Positions 50,173-63,670 of a stretch of 64,000 nucleotides of DNA are shown in pieces. Made by a program: the position numbers and the translations under genes. A model generated the notes under the pieces. The model was not told where the DNA came from. It did no database searches and was given only the letters and a program-made list of their open reading frames with translations. Position 1 is the first letter of the stretch, and the number at the start of each line of letters is the position of its first letter. Origin of the DNA: Lama glama. Its lineage: Eukaryota. Location: positions 91,390,001 through 91,454,000 of the forward strand of contig CM052817.1 of assembly GCA_028534125.1 (NCBI GenBank), written 5' to 3'.

Positions 50173-53100
50173 TATAGGCAATAGCCCTATTGAAGAGAGA
50201 AGAACTTAAGATTCTTAGTGAAAAATGGTTTTAGAAAGAATGTCAGTTCCCAGTGATAAGAACAGCAAGTAAAGAGATTTAAAAGGTTGATGGTTCTTAG
50301 TATATATATTAAGGTATAAAGGGGAGAAAATTTTATACTGTGACTGTATTGCCTTTTGGGAATTTCCCTGGAATGTCAGCTGTACATTTACATCTAAGCT
50401 GTTTTATGATACATGCTGTACAAACTTGTGTTGAAGTTGTAACTTAAAAAAAAAAACTAGTTTAACTTGTTGCATAAGGTTTTCCCCTTTAGGTAAGATA
50501 TGAATTGTATTGTACACTGCTTAATTTAGAGTTAAAATAATTACATAAAATTTTAATTTAACAAAAGCAATCTTTTGGCTATTTAAAAGTGAAATATAAA
50601 TTGCAGTATAGAAATAAATGATGGAGAGATTAATGTTTTTGTTACCTGATATGCTCTATTCCACTGAGATTTTCTTTGGTAAGTGTAATAGGAGCACATT
50701 TTCAGTTGAAAAAATTTGAAATTTCTACTAAAACCTACTGAGGAAAGTATAATTTCATTTGAAGCTAGTGGTAATTTTTATCTTAAAGATTGCATTTGTT
50801 TTTATTATAGATAAGATTATTTAAACATTCCTGTGTGTGATCTGTAAGACTTCGTTTATCTGATTATGCATAAAAGGAGAAATGAAAGTTTTCTTTTAAA
50901 AATATAGATCTAGGAAAAAACCCTTAGGGTTGATTGTGTACTTCCACACATGATGGTGATTCTGATTTAATAAAAACAATTTCCCTGTATGTTAATGGCT
51001 TCCACTTAATATGGCACCCTAGTTTTCAGAGAGATTTCATTGACTATTAGAAGATCTCCTTTGGTTATCAGTGCTCAGGAACTGAGTCAGAATCTTTAAG
51101 AAGGGGAAAATGAAATAAACTGGCATTTATTGATCATCTGTTTTGAGCAAGATTTTATGCTAGGCACATTAGCTGATACAAACTTTGAATTACTCCTTTG
51201 AAATTGTAGTAAGTGTAGCCAGTACTTACGATTACATTGTCAAAAGTATGTTTCTCATTGATTTATATACAGTTACTTGTGCTGTATCAAGATAAATGGG
51301 TTCCTAAAAGCCACTGTACTATGCAGTATCACATGATAAAAACCACAGAGCTTGTGGGAAAAATGGGTCAGGCACAACCCTCAAACTTCATTAGGGACAA
51401 ATCAAAAACAAAGATAAGAATCTGATAAAAATTATAGCACGGTTTTACATATGTAAATGGCTAACAAATACATAAATACTGCATTTTACCTTGGAAAAGA
51501 CCTGAAGTTTGCTTGTGGAAATGGGTCTCAGGAGGATTGCAGCTGGTGAATTGTTGTGAAGTGATGGAAGGAATGTTATCTTAAATCTGAAAGTTGTAAC
51601 AGTAAAGGTGGATGAGTGTGGCTTTATATAACCCACAGGTGAACTGAGGGAGCTGAGGTGTTTGTGGTGTGTGTCTGTGCTGTGCGTGTCTGTGCTGTGC
51701 AATCCTGTGCAACTCGCTTCAGCTGGGTGCAAATTTTTGTGTTCACCCTGTATTTCTGGTGGACAAAATCCCACAGGAGCAAACAAGAAATTTGAAATTT
51801 AGTATGCTTGAAATGTTCTCTAAATACCCATCATGTATCTAACTGATACGGAGATCACACTCCCTGGATCTGGGTAGCTCTTCCTTCACTCTGAAGTGTG
51901 TCTATTTACTAAGCCAAAACTTCTTGCATCTAGTACCTGAGAGTGTCACATTCTTTGCCAACTTGGTTGCAGCTACCCCTGGGGAGACTTACATTTTTTT
52001 TCAGCATTTTTCATTGTTAGAAGAAGCTTTGTACCCAGAGTATCAAAAGTTTCAGACTAACTCATCCTTAAGATTTTTGTGGGGTGGCTAAATAACATTT
52101 TTAAAACAGGAAATAAAATATTACATGTTTCTTCAGTTTGCATTTGAAATAATTTTTGATACTCAATAGGGGAAGCCTGGTGTGGAAAGAAAAAGAAAGA
52201 TTATAGATTTTAATCTTTGCCCTGCTTTACTTTATCCTTTACACTTTTTGAGACTTAGTTTCTAAATCTGAATAAAAAGAGAAAAACAATAATTTTCTGA
52301 CCTTCCTTGCTGGTCAGGTAGTGAGATATGTATGAAAATCACTGGTAAACGGTAAAGCATATGTATTAGTACACAGATAGTATAGGTGTAGTCTGTTAAG
52401 ATCATTAGCCTTTTCATTGGCTTGATCTCATCTTGGTTTTGTGTTATCCATATCATGTGTTTTATATGCTTTAATATTTCTATTTTGTTTTTTTAAATTT
52501 TTTTTTGTATTGAGAAAGGTTTATATTTTTGTTTTAGTTGGTTACTTTTGTATTTATACCTTTAAAAATTCCATTAGTTCTCTTTTTCTTAGGGTGTAGG
52601 GAGGAGGGAAGTTTATGCTGTGACTGAATTTTATGCTATTTGATTTGTCAGTTTTAAATTAAATCCATTTTCTTATGTGTGAAACAGTAAATGAGCTTAT
52701 TCTGCTTTATTTTTTTCTCTTTTCCTCTGACTTTTTACAGTTAATTTTACTTAGTGAGAGTGTGCCATTTTATGTACTATTCTTCCTCATCAATGCCTTT
52801 GTTTTAGATTTAGTTCTACAATTAAATATAGTTAATATTAACCAGCAGACCTTTTGTTTAAGTTTTCCTAATCATCTCTCAGTTGGATGAAGCTTACTGT
52901 ATAGTAGAGATTCCTCGGCAGTGCTTGTGGAAATCTCTTAAAGTTTTCTATGTTAAAAGTGTTTTTCTACAGTCTTGATGTTTGAAGGACAACTTGGCTA
53001 GGTATAAAATCCTTGACTCACATCTTAAGTTTCTTGAAAATAACTGCTGCTACTGTCTTGCTTATATGTTACTGATACCATCCTGAGTTTCTTTTCTTTG

Positions 53101-56100
53101 TAGATGACTTAGTCTTTCTTTTCGAAGGTTTGAGTTTTTCTTTCTCTGTAAAATTGAATATGTCTCTGTGTCAACTGTTTTGGATAAATTTTCCCTGGTA
53201 TGTGGTTTAAGAATGTAAACTGATGTTTTCTTTTGATTCAAAAATTATGGTTTTGAATATTAGTTCTGTTGTTTCATTCTTCAGTCATCTTTGCCTGTTG
53301 GATCTTTGCCTCTCTTTTATATTACATTTCCTTTGATTCTTTTCTATTACATTTCCTTTGGTTCTTTTCTTTATTTATTCGTTTGCTTGAGAAGTCTTAT
53401 TTTCTCTCTTTAGATCATATATCTTACAATTTAGTCTTCGTTTCTGAGATGATTTTGTGTGCTTTTTTTGGTTTGTTTCTGAACTTCAGTTTGTTCCTAT
53501 TTTACAACTTCCTATTGTTTGTCTACACTATTCTAAATTTTGCATGTTTGATTTGAGATGTTCTTTTATATCTGCATTTGTTACTTAATTATTTCTAATT
53601 TGTGGTGGAGTATTGTCTTGATATCTTTCCTCTTTTTTATCACTATGGGTTTTGGTGTGTTTTCATCTGCTGAAAAGATTTTCACTTTAAACAATTCTGT
53701 ATAAGTAACTTGATATAGATACTGGGCTCTTTTTTTCTGTTCAGGTTATTTGTATGGATTTCACTGCATCAGCAATATAGACAATTTTATTTTTGGGTGA
53801 GGTTTGGGCGGTTTCTTCAGTCTTTTAGTTCAAGAACACTGTATTTGTTGCTACAGTGAAATGCACTTTTTAAAATAAGTCCCCTCACCCCAATGTTCTG
53901 TATAGTTTTAAGAGGGCCTTTATCTTCAGTGCCACCCCTTCCATCAAGCCTTCAAGAAACTCTTCTAAAATGTCTCTTCCACCAAAGCTGTGCCTTGCTA
54001 AAACTGCCACCTTTGGTCTTACAGACTTCCTAAGCCTCTTCATTTTGACTCTCCAGTAGCCATTGCTCTCATCCATCATGTCTCAGAGTACTTCCTGTCA
54101 ACCTCTTGCTTGGGTGAACTTGGGTGAATGCTAGTTAATATTACATTCACTCACCACTAGGACCCTACTGTATTGTTCTTTTGAACAGTTCCTATTGGAA
54201 CTTGGAGCTTCTGGTCTTGGATGTTTATGTAATACATGTAAGTTGGAGTTTTTAGTTGACTCATTCTCATCTTACAATGTTATGAGTGATTTTATTTGCT
54301 CTGTTGGTTTTTATGAGGGCTTGTGTAGTGTTTAGAAATTAGGGGGCAGCCATTATCCTGTAAAGAATTCATTTCTGTTTCTGTGTGCTATGCTTGAAAA
54401 TAATAGTGGTTGCTTTAAAATAATTCGCAATTTAGGTTTTATGTAATTGAATAATTGGTTATACTTCTGTTTCTATGTTGCATGACCACTCCATTGTTTT
54501 CTTTAAACTCTTTGGGATTATTTATCTTTGAAATAATTATGAGGTCCTATTATATAAGTGACTCTCAATCGTATGTACGTACCTTGAGTTTTATTGAATT
54601 TTGTCCTATCCCTAAGCAATCAGAGTTTTTAGCAGAGTTCTCTCATATTAAGCAGGAATCCTAAGTTTTCCTTCAACTTTCTCTTCTTAAGTAACAAAGT
54701 TTAATACTGGGGGAAAATAAAAGAAAGGTAAGATAAACTTGGTATGTTTTACAATGCACTAACAGAGTTACAGTATCCAGAAAGCAGATGGTGATTGTCA
54801 CATTCATTTCTGCTGCTGGTAATACCTTATCTGTAATTTTAACTTCTGAGCCCAAAACTTGGAGAGATACAGACCAATGACTCCCTAATGCTGACACGCC
54901 ACAAAAATATTGGTGTAAAATTCCCACAAACCTTGTCTGTTTTATTCTGAGACTATGTACTTGTTACTTTAAAACTTTGAAATGCCTTTTGTTTTGTGAA
55001 ATACTGACAGACTTTAAAAAATGTTTTATTCAGAAAAATAAAAACCTAGCAACCCCATTAAAATTATCTAATTTAATTTTTTACAGTTTTACTAGTTTTG
55101 TAAAATACACAAGTATGGGAGCAATATTCCATTGACCTCAGAAGGTGGCACAGAATGTCAAAGGACTTTCGTATAAGAAACAGCTAAAAGAACAAAGGTG
55201 TTTAGCTTGCATAAGAGAAAACTGAACTCTTACAGCGCTAGAATCAATAAACAGAAGTTAGAGGGAGATAGAGTTTGGCTCAGTATAACTAAAAACATTT
55301 CAATAGTGTGAGCTGGCAGCAGGCAAGAGCTGTGTGACCACTGCACCAGGTGACTTTTAAGATCTCTTCCAACTAAGAGATTCCATAAAATAGCCTTGGC
55401 TTGTTAAGTCTTATCTCAGAGGATATTATTTTGTCTTTTTATTATAGAAGTAAGGGAAACTTATTTTTTTAAACAGTATAAAACCAGATGGAGAAAAATC
55501 ATCCTTAAGATTTGTTTTCATGGTTATAATAGTTTGCCAGAAATTGTATATGAAAAGGATAACATACTGTTTGCAAAAGGAAGCTCCAGCTAAAAGAATT
55601 AAAGGGAAGGTAGGTTAAAGGTAATTTTTGAGAGATTTTTTTTTCAAAACATTTAAAAAATTAAAGTATAATTTATGTACAGTAAAATCATAGGTTTTGA
55701 GTGTACTGTTCTATTAGTTGTTTGAGGGTACTGTTCTTTTAGTTTTGACAAATGCACATACCAGTGCAGCTTATGCCCCTTTCAAGATGTAGAACATTTA
55801 CATCATCTTAGACTAGATCCCTAGTTCTTCTTGACTGTATATTTTAATTCACTGTAAGTTTCTCCTTTCAGATTTCTCTATAATCAGTCAAGCTGTGTTG
55901 GGTCTAAATATTGTAAGATGTAAGTGGTATCACAGTGCTTTCTTTAAATATTTTTCTTGAATGCTTACTCAGGTTCTTTATATATGTTTATATTTAATTC
56001 TCACCTTAACCCTGCAAGGTTGTTAATGTCCACATTTTGCAGGTGACACAGTTGTCTGTAATAAGTTTAATTAAGCCAGTGATACAAAGCTGTTTATTAG

Positions 56101-56132
56101 GTGCTTGCTAAGATTTGAACTCCAGGCTCTTG

Positions 56133-56330
56133 ACCATTGTTGTCCAATAGATTTTTTTGTGATGATGGAAATGTTCTATATCTGGATTTCCAGTGTGTCA
56201 GCCATTAGTCACATGTGGCTGTTGAACACTTGAGATGTGGGTAGTGTGACTGAGGAGCTTTACTGAAGAATTTTAAATTTTATTTAATATTAGCTGATTG
56301 AAATATTAAATAGCCACAACGCTAGACACT
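56133..56330. mobile_element. MER3-like MITE
   Basis: GTCCAATAGA...GATGATGGAAATGTTCTATATC...CACATGTGGCT. Confidence 0.75.
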
Positions 56331-57014
56331 TTGACTCTAAAGACTGTAGGTGCCCTTTCTGCATACTTTTCTACTTTACAGAAATAAAACTTCTAACGTA
56401 GTTCCAATTCATTGACACTACTAAGTGCTGGCCAGGCTCCTTGTAAGTTAATAAATGTTTCCTCAGTTGATTCTGTCATATCTAAGACTTGTGTTCTTTT
56501 TAACTTTTTAATCATGGAAAATGTCAAACATAAGAAAACAAGAGATTAATATAATGAACCTACTCCTAGGTTTGACAGTTAACCAACTTACGGTTCATTC
56601 TTTTTCTATCTGTGATCCCCACTCCCTGGATTATTTTGTCAAATCCTAGGCATCATTTCAACATGGCTGATTTAAAGCTAAGTTTGGCTTGATTTGAGGC
56701 TGCATTCTTTTTAATCAGTTTTGAAAGAATGAAATGTTTTTTGCATTAGCTGAAGGAAAACAATGGAAAGGTATATTTAATATTAAAGATAAGTATGTAA
56801 TCTTAATGCCCAATCTATATATTGTGTATTTTACTTAAATTTTTTGTTACTATCTTTTATTTATGTAAATAGCCGAGTTTATTTGCCATGTCACAGTTCC
56901 CACTTCTAGGGAACTATTTTTTTTTTCTGTAACAAGGATTTGGAAAAGGATGATGAACTTTCTGCAGTAGATCTGGGCTTTTCTAGACTTTCACAGCTTG
57001 TCCAATTTATATAG

Positions 57015-57161
57015 TTTATTTATTTAAAAATTTTTATTTTAATGGGGGGAAGGAGGTAATTAGGTTTATTTATTTATTTTTAGGGGAGGTACTAGGAATT
57101 GAACCCAGAACCTTGTGCATGGTAAGTATGCACTCTACCACTTGAGCTATACCCTCCCCCT
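57015..57161 (-). mobile_element. tRNA-derived SINE (Vic-1-like)
   Basis: Reverse-complement SINE head and T-rich tail. Confidence 0.88.
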
Positions 57162-57389
57162 GTTCTATTTATATAAGTAGCCAGCTGTTTTAGAGATTTC
57201 TTAATCTCCGTGTTCTTATTAGTGAGATTAGAGATAATTTTTCTAGGAGAATCAGTGGAATGATTTTCCATATTATGGCAAAAAGGCCTTAACATTGTGG
57301 TTTCAGATGCTATGATCTCTTGGTATCATAGTGCCTGAGCTCAGCCAACGTGCTGATGGATGGTACCGGGCCACCTAGAGGGTTCCCTT

Positions 57390-60300
57390 CTTGGATTCTT
57401 CTGGCACAGTTGCCTAAGGCTCTGTTCATTTTTGAAAAATTTCTTCTCTCTGTTGTTCAGGTTGGATATGTTTTATTGATCTATTTTCCAGTATGCTGGT
57501 TCTTTCCTGTTATCTTCATCCTGGTATCGAGCCCTTACAGTGAGTTCTAAACACTGTCCCCCCACCAAAGGAAAAAAAAGTTACAAAGAGTTCACTAGTT
57601 GCTTCCTCCAGCATTTTTACAATAGTTAAAGTCTTAAATATCTTTCTCATCTCTACATTGGTATCTCTTGTCTTTTCCCATGCAAGTTAAGATTTTCCTG
57701 TTTCTTCACATGCTGCGTAATTTTGGATTTTATCCTAGATGTTTTTGAATTACAGTTTATCAGACTCTGAGTCTTGTTTCATATCCTCTGGAGAAGGTTA
57801 ATTTTGTTTTAGCGAATCAGGCTAGGTTCAGGCTGCAAGTCTCAACTCTTCCTGTGGTCTGTAGTTCCAACATCAGTTCAGTTTTTAAAATGTTTTTAGT
57901 ATTGTTTGGATCTATCCTGCTTATGTGCCATCCAGCAGCTGGTCTAGGGCCTGGACGATGTATCTTTGAGTTTAGTTCTTAGTCTTGCATGTTGCGAATA
58001 GGATCAGAACCACACATGTTGATGAACTTCAGAGTTCATAAACAACTTTGTGGGGTTACTTTCCCCAGTTCCACCTTCTCTGTGATCTTCCCTTTATTTT
58101 GTTTCACAGGAGCTCCTCTTCTCACCCCCTGTCTAGAAAGCGGGGGTTCTGATTATTTCACTGTGCTGTATTTTTGTGATTCTGCCCATGTTTGGCTAGA
58201 GGCTTATCAATTTTATTGATCTTCCCAAATAACCAGCTCTTGGTTTCACTGATCGCTTCTACTTTTCTTTTTTCTATTTCATTGATTCTGCTTTTTTTCC
58301 CTTCTTTTCTTTCTTCTGCTTACTTTGAGTTTAATTTGCTCTTGTTTTTCTGATTTCTTAAGATGGAAGCAGAGGTGATAATTGGAGACCTTTTAGAATA
58401 TAGGCATTTTTCTGACTACTTTTACAGTTTCTCTCTTATCCTTACTTTTTAGTAATTGGATTGTGATGTCCCTCTTTTTTTGTTTGTTTTTATTTTGTTG
58501 TTTTCTTCTTTTTTTTAGTTTATCCTGCCTGCAGTTTGTTGAGATTCTTGGATTTGTGGGTTTAGAGTTTTCATCAAATTTGCAATTTTTAATATCTTCC
58601 TCACTTTTGTATTTCTGTCCTCTTCTCTGATACTCTCGTTAGGCCATTAGACCATTTGATATTGTTCCACAGATGGTTGAATTTCTGTGTTCATTTTCTC
58701 CCTTTCTCTCTCTGTCATTTTACTCTTTCATCTTCCATTTTGAATTGTTCCTGTTATATGTTTTCAAGTTCACTGCAGCCATGTTAAGTTCTCTGCAGTG
58801 GTTTTATGTTCACTGCACAGTTTCAAATTCACTGCAGTGTTTAATATTTTAAGCCCATGTTGTTAACTTTTCACTTTTGATACTGTATTTTTCTATTCTA
58901 TAATTTCCATTTTTTAATAGTTTCCATTTCTCTGTTAAGATTTTGTTTGTTTTCTGATTGTGTCCATGTTTTCCTTTCAGTCCTTTAATATTACATAGTA
59001 ATAATTTTTTTTATATGTATGTTCATGTACAACTGAAAAACCGTGCTCTACACTGGAATCTGACACAACACTGTAAAATGACTACAATTCAACAAAAAAA
59101 GTTTAAAAAAAAGAATTAAACAAACAAACAAGCAAAACATCACCTCTATATCCCAAACCCAGAGTACCCCAAGGACCTAGGAAATATTTGGTAGGTTTCT
59201 ACCACACACAAATCTGCTTGTTTCTTTTTCCAGATATTAAAAAAAAGTTCAAAATACATACATATGTACAAATACAGCAAGCTGACAGAGTTACTGCTGG
59301 CCCTGCCCCCAATCAGCATGGTGGGGACCACTCAGGAGACAAGGAGCTGACCTCACCGCATTGGGGCAGGTTTCAGACTGATGGGGCAGGGAGTCATTGT
59401 TCTGAAGCCAAACTGGAGGTGATGGCAAGCCCAGCCCCAACCCTTGCCCAAGACCATCTGTCTACAGGACAGGCCTGATAGACAGGTGAGGGGACAGGGC
59501 GTGCCTTATTCGGAGTCACAGGCCTCTTGTTCAGTGGTGGTGTCCACTGCAGATGCCAGGCTGTCCTGGCCTTCCAGCCTCTCACGGATCAGCTCTGCAA
59601 TGGCCCTCTTGAGTCCGCTTTTCTAGCTCCTCCAGCTTCTTGGCTACGTCTCTCTTAAGGTCCCAGTCAGGCTTCTGTGGTACAAGGTTGGCCAGGTCCA
59701 CTTCCTCAGTGTTGGGCTCTGGCTTGGTGGCCTCCAGCTGCTCCTTCACCTTCTCTTCCACCGCAACTGGTTGGGCCTGGGGCATCCTCCTCCTCTTCAG
59801 GTCCTCATCCTCTAGGACATAGTTCTGCAGCCTGAGTTCCCTGTGCTTCTCGCCTTCCACCTCCCCTTCTCTGAGCTGCTTGGTCTTTGGCTCCCCATCT
59901 TCCTTGTCCTTGCACCCAGTTTTCTCCCTTAGGGCCTTCAGCCCTTCCTTCCGTCGCAATGCCTCTTCCTCTAACCGGCCCACACAGGCCATAGTAGCTG
60001 CCATCCTGCCTGCAGACCCCCTCTTCTCTTGTGCCACATAGTAATAATATTTCAAGTCTGTCTGCTACTTCTATCATTACTCTGAATCTGTTTTTGTTGA
60101 TTGATTTTTTTCTATAGGTCATGGGTCACAATTTCCTGTTTCTTCACATTTCTAATACTTTTTGTTTTTTTTCATACTGTTGGATATCATGGACACTAGG
60201 ATATGGAGTGTCTGGATCTTGTCTTTTGTAAGAGTTTTGTTTCTGCGGATGGTTAATTTGCTTGTGCATCAACTTGTTCATTTTTAAGCTTTAATAAAAG

Positions 60301-60900
60301 TGGGTCTAGATTATTGTTACACCTAAGGTATGGCCTTTCTGGGTCTCTGATGAATCCTGGAGTGTTTAACGAAGTCTCTTAAGTGGATGTTTGGAACTGA
60401 GATACCTCTCAGCCATGTATGAACATCAGTAATTGTTCAGCTCGTGCTACTTGGTAGTTGTTCTTTGCTAACTTGAGTAGAATTCTATAGTGTACCTGAT
60501 CAATTTACTACAGTGTACCTGATCAGTTTACTATTTGACCAAAGATTCCTATGCAAATTTCTGGAACTTCATCTCTGTACAATTCTTTCTGATACCCTGC
60601 TCCATAAATTTCAGCTATTCAAGCAGTTTCTAACTTAGCTATGTACTTAGGTCAGTAAGACGGCTATGTTCTGTTTGTGTTCCTCCTCCCTATTCTATAG
60701 TCTGAAAAAAGCCTCTAGGTTTAAAAAAAGGGGGGGTTGGGGGAGATTTTCTTGGGATTTACTTTGTTTCCCTTTTGAGGGCACAGTCCTGTGTTGGCTC
60801 TTATCCAGTGGCTGAAAATAGTTATTTCATATTTACTTAACCAGTTTTTTGCTTTGCAGGAGCATGAGCTGGTATCAGTCATTCCTATACATTTGGAAGC
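57390..60900 (-). mobile_element. Old, fragmented L1M 5'/ORF1-region relics, interrupted by the CCDC12 retrocopy
   Basis: T-rich antisense L1-like text that reads continuously across the retrocopy TSD. Boundaries are approximate. Confidence 0.5.
59006..60035 (-). pseudogene. CCDC12: Processed pseudogene (retrocopy) of CCDC12 (Cwf18 splicing-factor family)
   Basis: Intronless GRLEEEALRRK...KPDWDLKRDVAKKL from ATG 60004. A +1 frameshift at about 59609-59610; the ancestral tail RAIAELIRERLEGQDSLASAVD...CDSE* continues to a stop at 59506. 13-bp TSD ACATAGTAATAAT at 58993-59005 and 60036-60048. Short poly(A) remnant at 59005-59012. Confidence 0.95.
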
Positions 60901-61129
60901 AGGAATCTCAAAGTCTATGTGCTAGCATTTAGCTCATGGGATTTTTTTTTTTTAAATTGTAACAGTTCATTCTATTTTAATTATATCCTGTTTTGCTGTA
61001 CTGTTTCTATAGCACAGTGTTAATATTTTAAAATTTAGCTGCTAGTAAAAGCTAACAGTCTATATAATGTTCTAATATTTTTGAAGCTATTACTATTTTT
61101 AGTTCTACTGGCAAGATAAATTTTATTGT

Positions 61130-61378
61130 GATTTTATTTTATTTTAGTTTTTTAATTTTTTTGTTTTTTGGAGGGGTAGGCAAAGTTTATTCTAGGAAGA
61201 GCAACTCATTGATAGCTAAAACTATTTTAAAATGTACATTTATTTACTGTTGTCTCTAAGAACAGTTTAGAGCTTTAGCTTTTTAAACTTACATAGTTAT
61301 CAAAGGAATAAAGCCAACCACAAAATAAGAATCAACAGAATGGAGAGGGAAGGCAGGGCATCCCTGGTGGGCACAATG
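61130..61378 (-). pseudogene. Retroposed mRNA 3'-end fragment (parent not established)
   Basis: Degenerate poly(T) at 61131-61168, AATAAA on the minus strand at 61186-61191, then UTR-like AT-rich sequence. Confidence 0.5.
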
Positions 61379-63424
61379 AAATTATGTTTAATTTTGAATT
61401 AACATATGCCCATGTTATAGACAGGGTGACAAATAGAATACTGTGGTATTCATTCCATACCAAGGAAAACCCTTATTCACAATTCTGAAATTTCAGGAAC
61501 TCCTCAAATATAAAAATTTCGGAGATGGGATTGTAGACATGTATTTTTATTTAATTTGATGATTCTGTTTTGGAGAACCTACTATGTTTGCCCACCATGT
61601 TCTTTTACAAAGCCTATTTTAAATGAATTGTTGTGAAACCTTTGCTCCAGGTGTACTGTGTGTATTATTTTGGGTCTTTCCCTAAGTAAAAGTAAATTCT
61701 CTAAAAAGTTACTTTAAGTCTTACAGGTTTGGCTAAAGCAGCATTAAGAATCTTATCATGGTAACTTTCTTCCCATATAGTTCTGTAGAATGAACTTTAG
61801 TGATAGAGTTACATGGGATTTTTAAAAACCAGCAAATAAACTTATTTTTTAAATTTGGTACATTTACACCTTTTGAATGGTTCAGAAAAGGAGTCCTTAA
61901 GATTGTATCTTCTATTACATTTTAAGACTGATTTTATAAGATTTCATTTTGATTAGACAAAAACCTCTGTTAAAATTGAATTATACACAGATCTGGCTTT
62001 ATATGTTTTGGGGAAAGAAATTGTTGAATGAAATATACACTATTTCCTATTTTTCTTGTTAACTCTGTATATTGCTAGCGTTTATCCTTGGGCAAGAGTG
62101 GAAGTTTTAAAGAAATTTTATGGGATAAACTAAGTCGAGTATTTGTTATTACTCTTTCCATTAAACTGTGAGAATACTACTTTCACTAGTAATGAGTGAC
62201 CTGTTGTAGGAGTGGTGCTTTTATGAAATAGAGATTGAGGTCTGTTTCTTTAAATAAACACTCATTCTTGATGGGGGAGAAATGAATTCTTAGTTATTTG
62301 GAGGGGTATGCCATTCTGAATTATTTTTACACATTGTCATTTTGACAGAAGATAATTGGATTAATAGCATTGAGTACAATTTCAGGGTGGAAGACAGCCA
62401 AATTTCATTAATTGGGAGCATAATCATTAGGAACTGAAACTTTACTGTTCTGAAGTCTGATAAAATAAAAAGCTGCTATACTATTATTATCTCATTCAAA
62501 GAAAGTGGACTTTGGTTTTTAATTTTCTTTTGGTAAATTCAGTTGTTTGGGGGAATTATCCAGTTGATTAGTTATTCTGTGTGTGTGTTCATTTTTCTTA
62601 CCTTATTTTTTGGGCATTTTTATTACCTATTTGATTGTAATACTGACTAAGCAAAGAAACAAAAGGTGAGGTTAAAGTTAAATTTGTCGATTAGAAGAAT
62701 CTGTTAAAAGATGAAAACTCTTGGCTTTAATAACATCTATGTTAATAAAATTTAATAAAATTTTTGTATGTGGGAGAAAGGGCTCTTCTCATCTGGGGCT
62801 CAGAAGACCTAGACTGTAGGCCCTCCAATACAAACTAGGTATTTTGCCACTAACAAGGTATGTAATCTCTGGCAAATTGCTTGTTTTCTAAATCTTACCT
62901 GCTCAATAAGGATTGAACCTTTTGTGCTTAGTTTACAGGAGTATCATGAAGATTAAATGAGATGTTAGTGTGAAATCCCTTTGAGAAATGTGGTTCTGTG
63001 AACAATATAAGATATTTCCAGTAAGACTAAGAAAAAAAAATACTGGAATCTGAGTAGTTCAGCTATATAAAATAAAGTCATATTTTCATGTCAAGTAAGA
63101 ATATAAAATGTCTGTGATTTTTATATGCCAGTTATGAATTTGTTTTTAGGCATGAATTATATTGATATAAGTTCACATTTACACTGTGGGATAGCAGACT
63201 ATTATGTAATTTTTGCATTAAAATTTTCTTGTTAAAAAAAACTCAGAATGTTAATAGCAGTTGCTTCTGTGATGGGAATATGGCTTAATTTTCCCCTCTC
63301 TTTTCTCTCTCTCTGCTTTCTACAATGGCTTTATTTTACTTTCATTAGTGGTTTTATTATTATTTTTAAGAACAATCTTTTCCTTTTTTACTGTGCTAGG
63401 TTACTCTGTTGTTACAGAGAGAGA

Positions 63425-63670
63425 GTTTTAATGGTTATGTGTAATGACTCTGAATCCAGATTGTCTGGGTTCAGATCTCTTTTTCCATCACTTAGCTGTG
63501 TGACCTTGGCCAAATTATGTAACCTCCCTGGACCTCAGCTATCTTATCTAAAATGAGAATAAAAAGAGTACCTACTTCATGCCATTGTTAAGATTAAATG
63601 AGGTTTCCCTATAAGGCTCTTAGCACAGTGCCTGACACATAGTAAATGCTTAGTATTTGCTATTATTACT
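63425..63670 (+). mobile_element. MIR (near full length)
   Basis: CTGGGTTCAGATC...AGCTGTGTGACCTTGG...CCTCAG...GCACAGTGCCTGACACATAGTAA. Confidence 0.8.

Noticed and set aside
51270..51850. 113-aa ORF / possible Tigger-like DNA transposon relic
   Set aside because: The ORF has no recognisable protein features, and I could not define terminal inverted repeats confidently enough to call the element.
60005..60055. N-terminal extension MKYYYYVAQEK... of the CCDC12-like ORF
   Set aside because: It starts at a TTG in flanking DNA/TSD and retro-5'UTR. The parental start is the ATG at 60004.
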